Counted from the stretch's first letter, positions 1 through 15,300 are shown. The stretch: 64,000 nucleotides of DNA from Schmidtea polychroa (GCA_044892525.1 CM097885.1:32614001-32678000), one strand, 5' to 3'. Notes: generated by a model from the letters alone, not told the origin. A program made the numbers and translations.

Positions 1-1661
1 TTTGCAAAAATTATTGCAGCTTAAATTAATTAGTAAATCCATTAGGAAAATGAAATTCAAGCTCTCTAATCGACTCAGTCTTGAATTACATTGACCATTT
101 TTGGACATCAATTAATGGAAATTGCTTCGAGTTTTCATTTGCCAATAAACCTTTATTGAATGGACCAATATCTAGCAAAATAACCGTATATTCAGTCATT
201 TTGGTTATATTAGGTTGGAAAGTTATTAAATTTGTTTATTATTTCTTCATTTTTGTTTGTTATGTTACAGTATTTATTGACTTCTTATTAGGTCCCTAAA
301 ATTGTGTTATTTATATGAGAAAATATTTAATTTGATTGTCATAAAAGTCTATTTCCGTATTATAATGTTATTTGAGGGTGTGACGGATATAGAAATATGT
401 ATTTTCTATTTATGAATATGAGACAGTGAGTATGTGGATATTTCAAATTTGGTTCAAGAAAATTGTGTCCGAAGATAGAAGGCTTGAAGGTAAAGATGGT
501 CGTGGTTAAAAACCTTTAAATATAAAACACATGTTGTTTGACATGGTAAATTCTGATCTATTTATATCATCAAGAGATATGGCTGAAATCCTCGATCATT
601 TTTATTTATAAATGCTTTATAATCTCAAGCACAAAATTTCCGAAAATGGAGTCTCATTGTTTACGTTTGCAGTTACAGTTCGCTCTTTCATATTAATTAC
701 AGTGTGTCATTTTGTAATTATATATCTACTTTATTCAGCAGACTTGAATTCAAGCGATTTCTTAACCGGAAAATTGTTAAACTACTATTCAAAATGTTAA
801 CTGATTAACAGTATTTTCAGTTTATTTTCTGAATAACCTGAGATAATCCTTCAAATCAAAGAGCTTCCTGTGCATTTTGAAAATGATCATTTTTAAGTTT
901 TAAAACAAATTTTATTAGGATGTTTTGTCCATTTGTTAATAGATAATAGCCTTTATCAAGCGCTGAACAACCAACCTGGATTTTGTTAAGTATTTCTTAG
1001 AAAAAAAGAAGAATAATAACTCTCGACTAACACTTGATAAAGGTTGTTATAAGAATTTGTGGTTATCAGGTAACCTGATTCAGGTTAAAAGAAAACATTG
1101 ATCTATAGTAAATAACTTCTATGTAATTTAATAAAGTCTTTTGAAAACCTTTTTTTATTTTTGATTGTCATGTACATTTCGATATTTCTGATTTTAAAAT
1201 TTCAAATTGTTTTGTAGGTGAAGAAAATTTTATTATTAAATATTAAATAATAAAGTGATAATTAAAGTAATAATAAAGTGAATATTAAATATTAATGAAA
1301 AAATTACTTTGTATATTATTTTTGAAAAATATTTTGATTAAATATTATTATTAATATCTCAAATTTCTTCATTAAGACTAAAATTATTTAGTATTTAAAA
1401 AAGATCTGTTATTTACAATTTCATTTATCAGCAAACTTTCAGATTATAATAATTAATGTGCTTTATATTTAAAACCTTAAGTTATGAATGTAAATGAAAA
1501 ATTAAAGGTTTTATGCTACATTTCTGATTCTTTCAAAGGTAAAAAGGTTGAATTAAAATTTTACATTCAGTGAGATTATCAAATTAATTTAACGTCTAAT
1601 TTTATTATAAAATACATTATTGACTAATTATTGCCTATTATAATAAGAAAATACTTATAGT

Positions 1662-1663
<2 letters not shown>

Positions 1664-1737
<74 letters not shown>
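1664..1737. repeat. (AAT)n microsatellite
   Basis: Uninterrupted AAT run seen directly. Confidence 0.95.
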
Positions 1738-2858
1738 GTAGTTTATATTAATAAGAATAAGAAGTCACTACAGGACATCATTACAACATTTTCGTAAGAA
1801 AACAATGTGGATGAAAATTTTTTGGTGCATTTAAAAATACGAGATTTAATTTTGAATGTTTTCTTTATAATTAATTAAAATGATGTTTGTATTTACCTTT
1901 TCGTGTTCCACTATTCTATAAAACTTTTATAAAAACATAACAAATAAAATAGAATAATCCTGTAGTATCTTGTTACTACCTCAGAATAACTCGACATATC
2001 AATTCATATAGAGCTGTCTGCTAATTCAGTTATCTCTGACGTTAATAATATTGTATATGGATGTATATAGATTTGGCTCAAGTAACATTTAGAATACTGA
2101 CATGAAGTAATTATTTAACAATTGAATTACTGACAGTTCTGTGTTTTTTAGGATATGAAAGAAATTACAATTTTGGAATACTTTGTCAATTTATATATAA
2201 ATGTTGTAAGCATGTCTCTTAAAGATATCATGCAATTTTAACATTATTTCTATTTCAATTTTGTCAACTTTAAATTTAAACCAAACTTCGGTGCACTGAA
2301 AAAAATTGGGCGAATTTCTTTGCAGTTTTATGATTGAAGTGCATTATGAAATTTACTGTAAAGTGCGTTCTCACTTTATGACTGACCATTCTATTTTTAT
2401 AAATCATACAAGTCAGCTTGTTGTCGATTTCGTAAGTGCCGGTTCACTACAAGCTGTGATAGCAAATGGACTGCATTTATTAATTTGTCGTAAAAGGCAT
2501 TTTATACACTAATTATAGTTAAGTGTTTTAATAGAATTGTTTTGATTATATTTGTAATCTAAGAATTCTATTAATTATTTATATATAAACATTTTATATT
2601 TCGCTTATAAATAAAAATTGACATTTGGTTATATAAAAATTTAAATTAATAAAATCATAATCATTTTTATACACTTATTTTTGTAACTTAGTTTTATTCA
2701 TAATATCAAATCAAATACTATTATTTTGCATAATGGATTTGAAACACCTAAACTATTTTAAATCATTCAGTTAATGTGTAAAGATTTGATTTTACATTTT
2801 AAAATTTAAGAAAAATGAAATCTTTATGATGTATAAATAATTTTGATTATAAAAATAA

Positions 2859-2862
<4 letters not shown>

Positions 2863-2919
<57 letters not shown>
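2863..2919. repeat. (TA)n(TG)n compound microsatellite
   Basis: Seen directly, just upstream of the first GPCR exon. Confidence 0.95.
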
Positions 2920-2970
2920 TATAAATATAATTCTCAAAACATAAAAGCTAAACTTATTTTATTTTTTTAG

Positions 2971-3124
2971 ACTATTGTAAACATTACAACAATAATTCTT
3001 TTGTTCTCTCAAGCCTCAAATTATCTCTGGATGTTCGTTGAAGGGTTCTATTTATTAATAATTATTGTGTGGACTTATGGAATAGATAAATTAAAAATGT
3101 GGCATTACAGTCTTATTGGATGGG
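2971..3124 (+). CDS. Class B (secretin-like) GPCR exon, TM3-ICL2-start of TM4
   Basis: ttttag| acceptor and |gttaat donor. Translates TIVNITTIILLFSQASNYLWMFVEGFYLLIIIVWTYGIDKLKMWHYSLIGW(G); NYxWMxxEGxYL and GWG are class B signatures. Ends in phase 1. Confidence 0.9.
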
Positions 3125-6100
3125 GTTAATATTTTGATATTATTTTTGTTATAGTTTAAACATTGAATTTTTTCATCTATTAATGAGTTAATACTTGAAT
3201 ATAAATTTTTTCGACATATTAATTTTCTTTCACTGAATCTATTAATTGATTGTTTTCAATTTCTTTGGAACATTTATCTAATTATCTATTTTCCCATTCG
3301 AAAACAAATTAGTTTTTTATATTTATCTTGATATAAATATTTGTAAATGTAAAAGAAGTTAGCATTTTAAAATTTTGTGGACAGAAGTTGTTTTATTTTT
3401 ATGATTATTATATTTATTTCAAGTAAATTATTTTTTATAATTATTATAATAAATAATAAAAATAATAAACGATTTAAACGATATTTATCCAATACATTTA
3501 CTTTTAATATATGATAAAATTATTATTTTGTTTCATTTTGAGTTAAATTATTTAAAACACTTGAAAAATGATCTACAAAAAATTTGTGTTAAATAAATTA
3601 AAAAATAAATTTCTTTAATTTGAAAATAAATAGAGATAATTGAAATTGAAAATAGAAAGGTTAAAAGAATAAAGTTTTTACTGATATAATATTATATTTT
3701 TGAGACAATTTACATTAGCGCATGCAATTATATTTTACCTCTATTGTTCTCAATTTTATTGAAGGATATTGGGTTATATTGGGTTTATTTCAATATAAAC
3801 TGTATAATTTTTTTATTCATTATTCAGTGTTAATTGTATTGAATAAAAATAATATTATAATCTAGAATTTTCGTAATTATTATTAGTTCAATATTAAAAT
3901 TTTAAAACCATAATTGAAATGTTTATTTGAAAATCTGCGTTGTATTTCACTTTATTAAAACACAGTAATTTATTAATTTGGTGGTTTATAAAATAATTTT
4001 GTTATAATAATTATAAATGTGAAGAATTCATCATATTAATTATGAAATGTATGATTTGTACAATTTACACAATCAGAATATTATTCAATAAGTGTTTTCT
4101 CAAATATTGTATAATATAATTTTGTATTATATAAATATTGTATTATATAATTTGTATTTTTCTATATATTTAATTGATTTATATAAACTTATGTTTTAGT
4201 AAATATATCAAGTACATTATAAAACGAACAACATATATAGGTTTTTACATTCGTAAGATATAGATTATTTGCCATATGGTTTAATATGTCAATGAACCCC
4301 AACACAACATTTATTGATCATGTGCGAAAATCAATGATAAGTGCTGAATACCAATTTTATGAAATGAACAATATTAATTTTTACACTACACAAAAGTAAT
4401 ACATTTGAAACTACCAATAAAATTTGACAGTCGAAACACATTATAAACGTATTGTTACAAAAAATATACCTTGATTAAATAAAATCTTTAAATAAAATAG
4501 ATTTGCTTTTTGTACTCAAGTTAATATTTGAAATGAAAACAATATTTTGTTGGTATACCATGAGAATAATATATTTTATTAGTTTTGATAATTGTTAGAT
4601 ATTATTAATTCTAAAGATCATTCATTTGACTCCATTAAATGTAATACACCAAAGATTAAGTCATCAGATTTTTAATATTCTACTATATTAGCCATAAGTT
4701 GCCCACAATAAATGGGAATTAAGGGTTTTCAATATATCCTCAGTTTTTATTCCTTAATTTTATAGAAATTAATGTGAGATCCTTATTTCAATATAGTTTT
4801 TTCAGGAAACATGGTATAAAATATGTAGAAAATTGATTTCCTTACTATGACATTGATGTACAAAAAATGATTTCTGGAAAAATTACATTTTGCTAGACTA
4901 CAAGAACACAAGTTACGGTATCCTTCAAATATATTATTTTTATACGCCCGTTTGTATCACCGATATTAAAATATGTGTTATCTAAAACAAACAGGAACCA
5001 GAAGCGTCATTTTAACTCTGCACTCAAAGTACTTAATGACAACATTTGTCGTTGTACTCGATTTGTACTTACAAGTACAGGGCGTTAAATAAAAATTTTG
5101 TAATTAAAATTAATATTTATTAATAGTTATGATTAATTAAGTTATTTCAGATTTATTTAAACGCATTATTTAAATATCAATTTTAAATATGAAATTTTTA
5201 CTATTTTGTCATTTGTAAAGTTATAATATTTTGTAATTTGACAGTATTTTAAAGTAATGTATATATAATATATGATATTTTTATATAAAAGTTCATCTTA
5301 TGCTGCCACAGGCTTCTCTTTTAAAAAAAGTCCTAATCCTAATATATATGAACATATATTATTTAAGAATGGTTAAACTTTTAAATTACGAATAAGAAGC
5401 CATTATCAAATTCAAATTGCATTAAAACCAATCTGTTTGGTGAACAGTATAATTTAGAAAGAATCTCGTGTATTCACAAAGACTGTTCTAAAAATTAAAA
5501 AATGCAACAGAAAACGCAAGACTGAACCAAAAGAGGACACAATAATGAATGAAATCTAAAGTAACAATAATTAAATAGAATTCAAAAAAATCAACGGCTT
5601 TCAAAATCAGAAAAAACAGATCAATACACCAGTTTTAGCACTCTTAAGAGCTTAAACATAAAATCTGCAAAATCGAAATATTTAATATATATTTTCAAAC
5701 TTGAAGATTCAACAATTAATTCAATAAATTAGGAACCTTTTAAATAAAATCAATATAGATCAATTTGCACATGGATGTAAATTTATTAAAAATGGCTTAG
5801 ATATGGGTTTGTGCAGTTGGGCTATCCACCATAAAGAAATAAATTGAGAAATAAATGCTACATATCTGTGTTGTAGATATTAAAGAATTTGGCTCCACTA
5901 AATATATTATTTCTATGTGAGTCTAAGGACTTTTAAGCCTTACCACGTATAACAAAAATAATTCTTATTCGTGATAAATTAATTATGACTTATTTAATTT
6001 TTGGATCATCAAAGAATTTGAAATGTTCATGAAAGGATATAATTAATTTTTGTTTACTATAAAATCTATATTATTATATTTTTTTAAAATCATTAATGAC

Positions 6101-7628
6101 ATTTTTTATAAGCAAAGGTTTTTTAAATAGACTGAGTACCTGTAGAATTTCAACTTTAAAGAAAGGATTTTAATAAATTCAATGATAAATAATTTAATTA
6201 ATGAGGTCTAATTAATGAAGTCTAGATTTCAGTTGAAACTCATGAGTTGTTGAAATTGATCACAACGGATGAGGTTTATGAACTAATTTGATGATATTTG
6301 ACCTATTATAGGTAAGCAAAAGGAGGTCCACGAAACATTTGATAATTGCAACTGAAACTTAATAAATATCAAATGTATAGGTAAAATGTAATTACTAAGT
6401 TTAGAATTTGAATTTCAACGAAAAAAGTTTAGATTAAGAGAAAATAAGATGAATTTTGATTAATTATTTCTTGTTGTATTATTATATCTTGATAACTTCT
6501 TTTATAAATCATCATGCGATAAAATATAAGTTTTACACAATTTTTACATTTCAAAATACATTGGTTTTATATATTTAATTTTAATTAAAATAAAATTAAA
6601 ATTTATACACTTTATTTTAAAACTCTCAACATTCAGCTCGTTATGACAGATGAAACTTCATTAATTATTGTCTTCAATGAAAAAGCAGATTTGGAGAATT
6701 ATATTGTCAATTTTCCACTTGTGAATGAAATAAGATAAAATTTGCTTTCTGTATAGAGTTGTTAAATCAATAAAAAACAATAAATTTACATAGAAAAGAT
6801 AAAAAATTTATAAAAAGTTTATAAAATATATATATAAAATATATTGACTAGATTTGACCTAATCAAATATAATCACATTTCAATTATTTCAAAGTTTGCT
6901 AAAATATGTCAAGGAGAAGTTTTCATTTCTGCAAAATGTGATTGAGGATATTCAAAGAATGGTAACGCACTTTTAACAAAACTCTTTAACAATATTGAAC
7001 TTTTAAATATAAAAAATATTCAAAGTTAATATATGTCAATCTATGGTAATGATTTAAAAATCATAATGAATTCTAGATTAAATGTCTTTGGATTTGGATT
7101 TGAACTATAAATTTAGTTTTATCATCTGTATGTAACGAATGATATTCTAAAGTAGGTTCTAAAATTCCCATAAATCTAAAATTTTTAACAGAAGCACTTG
7201 ACCATCTCAACACAATTTACATTATTTATCTCATCGTTTCAGACCGTTGGATTAAAAGCTAATTGGAAGGAACATAAAAACAACGTGACAAGTGTTGAAG
7301 GAATTTACGTAAGAGATCAAGTTGTACATCGTATATTTTCCGGATATTTTCCTGTTAGATCATTACTTTTTCACATCTCTTGGCATTCATATGCACAATG
7401 AAAGATTTATGTATTGAACTATGTGCTATATAATATTATAATTTCCTAATGATTTTGTATAGTATAGTGGGCATTGTTTTAGTTTTTAAAATATAACGTT
7501 GAATATTTATTTGATATTTAGTTAATTTTTCGCCAGTATTATTTTATGTAAATCTACTTAGTAATTTAATAAATTTGATATAATAAATTAATTATTGAAA
7601 TGAAATTGTATTCTAACATTTGAAACAG

Positions 7629-7692
7629 GTTTCCCGACTTTACTATCAAGCATCTTAGCTATTTCAATTGCACTAACTGAAAATTTTAACGA
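7629..7692 (+). CDS. Class B GPCR exon, TM4
   Basis: acag| ... |gtaagt. Phase matches the previous exon, giving GWG-FPTLLSSILAISIALTENFN(E). Ends in phase 2. Confidence 0.85.
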
Positions 7693-8925
7693 GTAAGTTT
7701 GGCTTGTCATTTTTTATTTATTAATTAATTTTATATTTTTCATTTCATATACTTTTGATTTTCAATAATTCCTATAAAATATTTCTGAAATTTCCATAAA
7801 TTATTTAATTATACGTTTGACTTCCGAATTGATTATAATCTCTGAAGGGTGGTCTAAAAATAATTCTTTGTTATATTTATTTGTTTAGATGATATAATAT
7901 AAATGTGAGTATTTCATTTAATCTGTCTATAAATCGATTTCATTGCACTGATTAGAATATTATTGCAAAAATTAAATATTCAATAAAACAGTGTTTATTG
8001 ATTAAATTTAAGTTAAGGTGAAACATGTGAAGAAAGGTTTATCCAGCATTATTATTATACTAGTTTCAGTCAAATAGTTACCATTTTCAATTAATCCTGA
8101 CATTGTTTTTCTATAAAAATTGTTTGTTTCCATTTATACATTATGTTCGCTAAATGAAGAAGTTTTAATACACGCCTCTTTCATTCAGGAAGCTTCTTCA
8201 TTATAATTTCAAATCTCTTTTCAAGTTGCAAAAAAAAGAGTGGAATATTGATTATGATAAATTATTGTTACTTAAAAATTTCATATAATGAAAAAAGTAA
8301 AAAATACAAAATTAAACAAATGTTAATATTTTCTTTTTATCAGAAATTATATTTTAGTTTTTTATTGATCATTATTATAATAAGTTGAAAGTATGCTTTT
8401 TTTCAGGCTGTAAGAGTTGAAATAATATTTATTTCCAATAATTTCTATTTTATACATTACTCGCATTTAATCGTCAATAAAATATTAGAAATGTTTTCGG
8501 ATTTTAATTAAATTTGATAAATTTATTTAAATTGCCTTGAATCAGAAAGGTTTTGATAAAACTTTGATAGTTCCTTGATATGACATGTTGAAATCGAACA
8601 TATGAAAATTTGTAAAAATAACCTTTCATTTCGATCAAGCAGCAGAATTATTAAATAAATTAATTGAATTTTTAAAGTATTATTTTATCATTTTAAAACT
8701 AAATGAATTTTAACAAAATATTTAAGTAAATAATTTTATCTTGAATTATATTTTAAAACATTGAATTTCCCTTTAATTAAATATAAAATCAAATCATTAT
8801 TCGATTGAAAGTTTGTCACGAAAAATTTAAGAATAACGTGAATGGCAGATAATAAGAAATTTTTTTTCATTGAATTAATTATTAAATTATTTATATTTAT
8901 ATTTAATAATTTGATAATTTTTCAG

Positions 8926-9001
8926 AAGTTGGTTCAACAGTTCCAAAGCCAAACCTTTAAAGTTGTATATTATTCATATTCCCATTCTTATATCAATTAT
9001 A
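8926..9001 (+). CDS. Class B GPCR exon, ECL2-TM5
   Basis: ttcag| ... |gtgagt. Reads (E)SWFNSSKAKPLKLYIIHIPILISII, phase-compatible on both sides. Confidence 0.85.
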
Positions 9002-11736
9002 GTGAGTCTTCTTTTTATTACTCAATAATGTTTTTAATTTTTATTATGTTTAAAATTTGTATTTAACCTTTAAATACTTTCTCTGCACGCAACTACTATT
9101 TAAAATTTATATTTTCGCAATATTGTAATTTACTCTAATTTAAGAAGTTTGTTCTTTCATGAGTGAAAAAATGCATAAGTTATCTTATCAAATTTTCTTT
9201 TCATTATTTTTACATGAATATGCATTTAACTCATACTAACGCCGCTGATATGAACTATTACATTAATTAATTAGTTCAAATGGATTACAATAGGTTGCAT
9301 CTAAGAACGCCGTGCAGAAAATATGAGTGATCTCGTGGCTCGGAAACATCGGTAAACTTGTAAGCCGTCAGTAGTGTGTTAATTTATTTACAAAAGTGGT
9401 ATCGAACTATGATTTATAAAGATTTTATGTATTTACAAAATTAATTAAAATTAAAAAAATATTCGAATTATGTATTAAACTTGTATTAAATAAATTCAAA
9501 ATAATTTAATTCACTGACATCCATAGAAACCCGTTTATTAGAATCATTTATTGTAGTTATATTTTACAAAATTCTATATAAGGATTTGAACTTTGCAGAG
9601 ATGTTGATGTTCGTCATGTCAAACCGCACTTATGACGACTCAGCAACCATAACTAATCTTCTTTTTCATAGTTAATTTACTTTAGTCAAATGTTAGCGCA
9701 TTTTTTTATAATAATTATACTTTGGATTAAAAAAATATTTAATTTCTTTATGAAAAATGTTTGTTGCTTTATTTTAGATGTGAACCAGTAAAACTTGAAG
9801 ATAACTATTTTATAATAAAACTTTTGTATTTTTGTTTTTAATAGTGTGTGTATGTAAATTTATTGGTTGTTATTGTAAATAAACATATTTAATTAACATC
9901 ATATATCATTTATTCAGTGATTCATTTGTATGGGCATTTACCTATGCATATGATTAGCATTTTATATGTCAGGTGTTATCAATAAAAAAATATTATTCAT
10001 TAGAATTTGTTGATTCCCAGACTTTTGATCGACTAGTGCAGGAGTGGGTACACGTGAGGTCAATGAAAGCAGGGTGATGGTTTTTGTATATTATAAATAG
10101 TTAATTATTGTTAATAAAGCAACATTTTCTAAACATTCTTGTAAGGTTCTATTTTCTTTTTTGTATATTTGTTTTTTTGATGTTTTCTGAGGTCATGTAA
10201 ACGAAATATTTGATAAATTTATTTCCTTAAAATGAAACAAAATAAAATATAATTAATAAAAAAAGATTCTGTGAAGTTCTGAAATAATATAAAACTGATT
10301 TCTATTTTTTATGTGATAAGCTGTATTTTTCCACCATGGGAATAGTCAATCTTTATAAATAAACATGACATTATTGATTAATTAAAACATAAAATAATAA
10401 AAAGGAGTCGTTGTTGGTTGATTTTTGATGACTCCAGCTACGGCTACAAATTCAAGATCCTAGTGATAAAAACATAGTGAAATTTTATCAAACTACAAGC
10501 ACGCGTTTGTTAATGAACTTTTTATTATTACATACATTGAATGATAAAGAGTTGAAATTTTATTCGAAGATTTAAGATCATAAATTATTCAAAGGGAAGA
10601 GAAATAGATCAAAATTAATGTAAAAATAATAAAAGAAATAAGTGGCAACTACAATCAAGCAAAAAATATTACTATGCACGATTTATTGAAGAATTTTCTG
10701 AAGGATAAAACGATTGAAACAATATGAAGAGTGAAGTTCCAACTAAGATATACATTGCGGTTTAAATGGCTTACTGTAATAATAAACTAAACTCAATAAA
10801 ATATTAATAATAATTGATTATTTTTCGACATTTAATTTTTAAACGATTTTGTGTAAGGTTTTTTGTTTTATCTATTTCTTATTTTAAGTATTTCAAAGAA
10901 GAAAAAGTTCAATAAATATTAATTAAGAATACTATTTTTTTGATATTTAAATTAGTTAACTCTAAAGCATAAGTTTGTGTGAAATAAGGTCAAAATATCT
11001 AATTTTAGAAAATTGTCGATGAAAAATTTGCATAATTTACTTTTTGTCATTTTAACAGATCGATGACTCAGAATTCCCATGTGAAATAAAAATTTTCATC
11101 AGTTTTTTGGAAAATGATGATTTTATAAATTTGATTTATTATTTTTCAGAACTTGACTGTTATAGTAAAAATATTTTCAATCCCATGAGTAAACTTTTTA
11201 TACATTCCTAACCTATTTTATGATAAATAAATCACTTGTGATATATTAGTTACAGTGAAATTCGTATTTATCACGTGCATAAAATAACAATTTTCCAATT
11301 ATTTCCCCAAAAAACAATATCTTTTTACAATATTATTAAAACAAACACAATAAATTCGAGGAGTTTTTTAAGAGTTAAATATTGATATTTTTAGAAAAAC
11401 AGATTTCATTCTTCATTTATTTCATTCGCATCAACATACTAAATATATTATTTTAAATTTATAAAAATTTAACATTATACATTTAAAATATTAATTTGAA
11501 AATTCTATTTTAAAATATTTTATATTATATTAATTTTTTATTAATCTTTAAAGTTAATATTTAACTTTTTAATATATATTTATATGATGTACTGGATAAC
11601 CAACATGTTGATTTTTAAATATTTGGTTATTTTAGTACTTTTTGTGATTTATAATATTCGTGAATTATTTGGGGTTAAACAGTAGTTATGTTTATTAATG
11701 AGTTTTAATATTTTATTGAATTATTGTTTTGTATAG

Positions 11737-11852
11737 GCAAATGTATTTGTTCTGGCTGTAATTATCTATACGGTTTTCAAGAAATTGAAACAGACAAAAA
11801 TACCTGTTACTAGACGCTCTAGTAAACTATCTCTTTTCTCAACAGAATATCG
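11737..11852 (+). CDS. Class B GPCR exon, TM5-ICL3
   Basis: tatag| ... |gtaagt. Reads ANVFVLAVIIYTVFKKLKQTKIPVTRRSSKLSLFSTEY(R), matching the N...I...KL pattern of class B TM5/ICL3. Ends in phase 2. Confidence 0.85.
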
Positions 11853-11983
11853 GTAAGTTGAAATTATTTACAATTATTTAATTGTATTCAAATCGTTTGA
11901 TTTGTAGAATATTTTTCTTTTAAAAATAGTGTTGTTTATTTTAAATATTTTCTATGGGTAAATCAGAAATTCGTAATGACAAT

Positions 11984-12650
11984 CAGAGTCGTAGCTAGGT
12001 GTGGCGAATGGGGCGAAGTCGAAGGGCGCCAAAACTGTGAAATGATCATTCAAATTTTTCTTTTCTTTCTTTTTTTCATATTAAATTTTTATATTCTGCT
12101 TTCCATGTTTACTTTTTTCAAAAGTTAAAACAAAACTGTTTTGCTGGTCTATCTAAAGGTTTTTGCAAACTTGCGACTAAATTTGAAGGTGGCCGATCAT
12201 GAAAACAGTTTTGAGCATAGAAAATGCTATTTAGCCTGGAAAGATCTTGAAATTCGTTTGAAAGATGGAAGGACAATTGATGATAATAATTATAGATATC
12301 GATATAAAAACTAGAAATAGTCTATTCAATATTGAGAAAAGAATCAGAATTATTTTTTCATAGTAAGGGAAATTTTGTGAAACATGGCAACTCATTTCTT
12401 GCAAACTCGGCCACCCGCTGATATGTAAGATGAAGCTATATATGTATATACACATGCATAATAAATATTTATAATTAATTGGTTTTCGTTATAATATAAG
12501 TTTAGTGAGGCATTGCATCTTAATTTGACTCTTCAAGACCAATTCCATTCCTGTAAGTACATAATAATTGGGAGTGGTGGATTCTTTTGGCACCAGGGGC
12601 GTCAAATTTCAATCTCGCTCCGGGTGCCATTTTCCCTAGCTACGGCTCTG
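11984..12650 (+). mobile_element. Non-autonomous hAT DNA transposon
   Basis: TIRs CAGAGTCGTAGCTAGG / CCTAGCTACGGCTCTG and a perfect 8-bp TSD ATGACAAT (11976-83, 12651-58). An internal relic, DHENSFEHRKCYLAWK, resembles the N-terminal zinc region of hAT transposases. Confidence 0.9.
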
Positions 12651-12695
12651 ATGACAATGTATTTTAACTTACAGGATAAATATTTTAATAAGAAA

Positions 12696-15300
12696 TGTAG
12701 TTTTATTTACAAGATGAAAACACGTTTTTAAATTCTATTTTTATTACAAAATGAGCATGTTAAAACAAATTTAATTATGCAATTACATCTCCGCGTGATT
12801 TTCATCTTAGTTCTCGATAAAATTGGTTTCAAAATCATCAAAATATCGAGGTCTTTTTGTCCTGCCTCTACGTTCATCTCGGCGTATTGAGTTGAGTATA
12901 GGATTGTCTACGTCTGTTAATTCTTCATCGTCGTTGTTCTCCACTGACGCTTCGTTGATAGTCAGCCGTATGTCGGAATAGTGTCGCGGAATCCCGTTGA
13001 AGTTGGTGGATGAATTTACCTTCGTTACCATCACCTCACCCCATGTCGATGTGCACTTTGCGCTTGGTGGTTTAACATAAACTGCATCGCAAACTTGGAA
13101 CGTGTCCTGTGTCTTCTTTTCTGTATAACGAGCGCCAACTCCTTTCCACCATATGAAAACACGGATGAAGACAGTAGAGTTCCGCACTTGTCTTTGGGTG
13201 CTAGGTTATACCAATATACCATTTCCAATATTCCCTTGTTAGTTCTTGCTGCCATGCATTTTATTGTACGATGGTTCCGTTCTATTATGCCGTTTCCTGA
13301 TGGCCGATAAGCACATCGAAACATACATTTCACATCCCATTTGCGGCACAGTATTTTCATTTGTGTCGACAGAAATGATGTCGCATTATAAATCACCAGC
13401 TCATCGGGGAACCTCGTTTTCTAAAGATCTGTTCAAGATTCCGTGTAATGGTCTTCGCGTCTTCACCTCTTATTTCTCTACACAGAGCGAAACGACCCGG
13501 TCCACAGTCAATCATAGTTAAATAAAGCTTACTTAGATAGTGTGTAACATCCATAGCCAGTCTTTTCCACGTCTCCTTAACACTTAACTCTCCATGCTCC
13601 CAATTTACAGGCTTCGGATCGATAGATTGACATTCTGAACATTCACCAATTATAGCCTTTACATCCTCAATTGTACGTCCGGGCAAAGTTGCTTTGCAAA
13701 ATACAACGTCTTCTTGGCACCGAAATGGTGTTGTCGATGACTTTCTCGTAACACTTGGCTCACAATAGCAACGGTGCTTGCAGTTGGTTCGACACACGAT
13801 TTAACCCATGTCAGCCATTTATTACTGACTCTTGTGAGTTAATCTGCTTTGCTTTTATCTGTCGGGACAAACTCAACTGAGATCGATGAGTCATAGCTTT
13901 TTCTTAATTCACAAATGATCTGCAGACGTCTTCGGACTAGCATCTCAGCAATTCCATGAGTTCGGATTCTGGCAGTATCCGTTAAAACTGAATCTATCCA
14001 ACTCCTGGCGGTAGCGGAATCTGTTACTACAAGTTGCTTCTTTCCCAGCTGATAGCTAAGTTAATTCCCTTTATCACAGTGTCTAACTCTGCAAGGTTTA
14101 TATGAGCAAAATCGTTTTTCTTCCTCATCCATGATGCATCTACGACGACTTTTCCTGATATTTCTAACACAACTCCTAAAGTCAGATTGCTCGCATCGCA
14201 CCAGACAATCGTAGATCCGTCCTTGTTTACGTGCCACTCTTTCACACGATACATCATTTCGTTAACCATTTTTAACGCGATTTTTCCAATCGTATCATCC
14301 CACTTACTTCCAGCACTGTGTCGTTTTATATAGTTACTTGCTACTCTTAACGATCCAGCAACGGGATAGTGACATAGTTGTAAACGCACTGTGTGTCAAA
14401 ATGTTTCCACGATGCCACGTACGACCGTTATTAATACTTGTTTGAAGTTTGAGACCTAGCATTCTTGCATCATCAAACTCTTCCGGTAGCTTTGTAATTA
14501 GCCCGCATGCTGCTAAATGGCTTATTACTTCATTGACGTTTATTCTCGACTGGTTGACAATAATCCGTTTCTTTCCTGATATCTTCTCTTAAACTCAGTA
14601 CCTTTCGTAATATTGTTGACATTATTTTCGGAGCCACATTTAAACCAAGAGTCTCGTTAGAAAGTATCCGTTTCCTTTGTAACTAACCCTTTGGTGCTCC
14701 CATAGGTCTTCATCAACATGTATCTGAAGATAAGCATTTTTAAGATCAATTAACATAACCTGTTTGCCCATCATTCGCTATCGCCTTAATGATTCGCCAC
14801 ATACGTCACTTTGTCCAGTATGGCTACTAACATATTTATTTAGTTCTCGAAAATCCATTAACGGGCGAACTTTTCCTTTGTTTACTTGCTCTACTGCCAA
14901 TAACGGAATTTTTCCATACACGACGTCTTTCGTTGGAATTAGCCATCCTTCTTGAATCCACCGTTCAACATCCGTGTCAAACATGTGCTGCAGCCCTGGA
15001 TCAATTTTATAATTTGAAATTCTATTCAATAGTACAGCTGGTTCTACTTTCCATTTCCACTTTACGGTCCACTTGCCGTCACTAAATTCTGCCGAAAAAT
15101 CACAATCTTCAATTCGCAAATACTAGCTTCACTTTCTGAATCCACAGTTGAATGTCACCTTCTCCATTAAAAATAGGTATCATCTTGTTCATTATATGGC
15201 CGCGATAGCTTGTAGTTTTATTGACAAGGTGAAACCACAACGTTTTTTAAATTCTATTTTTATCACAAAATGAGCATGTTAAAACAAATTTAATTATGCA
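12696..15300 (-). mobile_element. Internally deleted LTR retrotransposon with very short LTRs (RT-RH-IN order)
   Basis: Direct repeats TGTAG...TGCA at 12696-12781 and 15211-15300, flanked by a 5-bp TSD AGAAA. Contains minus-strand pol fragments. Confidence 0.85.
12807..15119 (-). pseudogene. Fragmented pol (RT, RNase H, integrase)
   Basis: RT VRPLMDFRELN and IDLKNAYLQI; RNase H WCDAS and HINLAEL; integrase CSECQS, LAMDVTH and YRPSGNGIIERNHRT. Split by several frameshifts and stops. Confidence 0.85.

Noticed and set aside
81..2512. Short ORFs 81..299, 612..800 and 2306..2512
   Set aside because: No motifs and no match to the expected TM1/TM2 exons; likely chance ORFs in AT-rich DNA.
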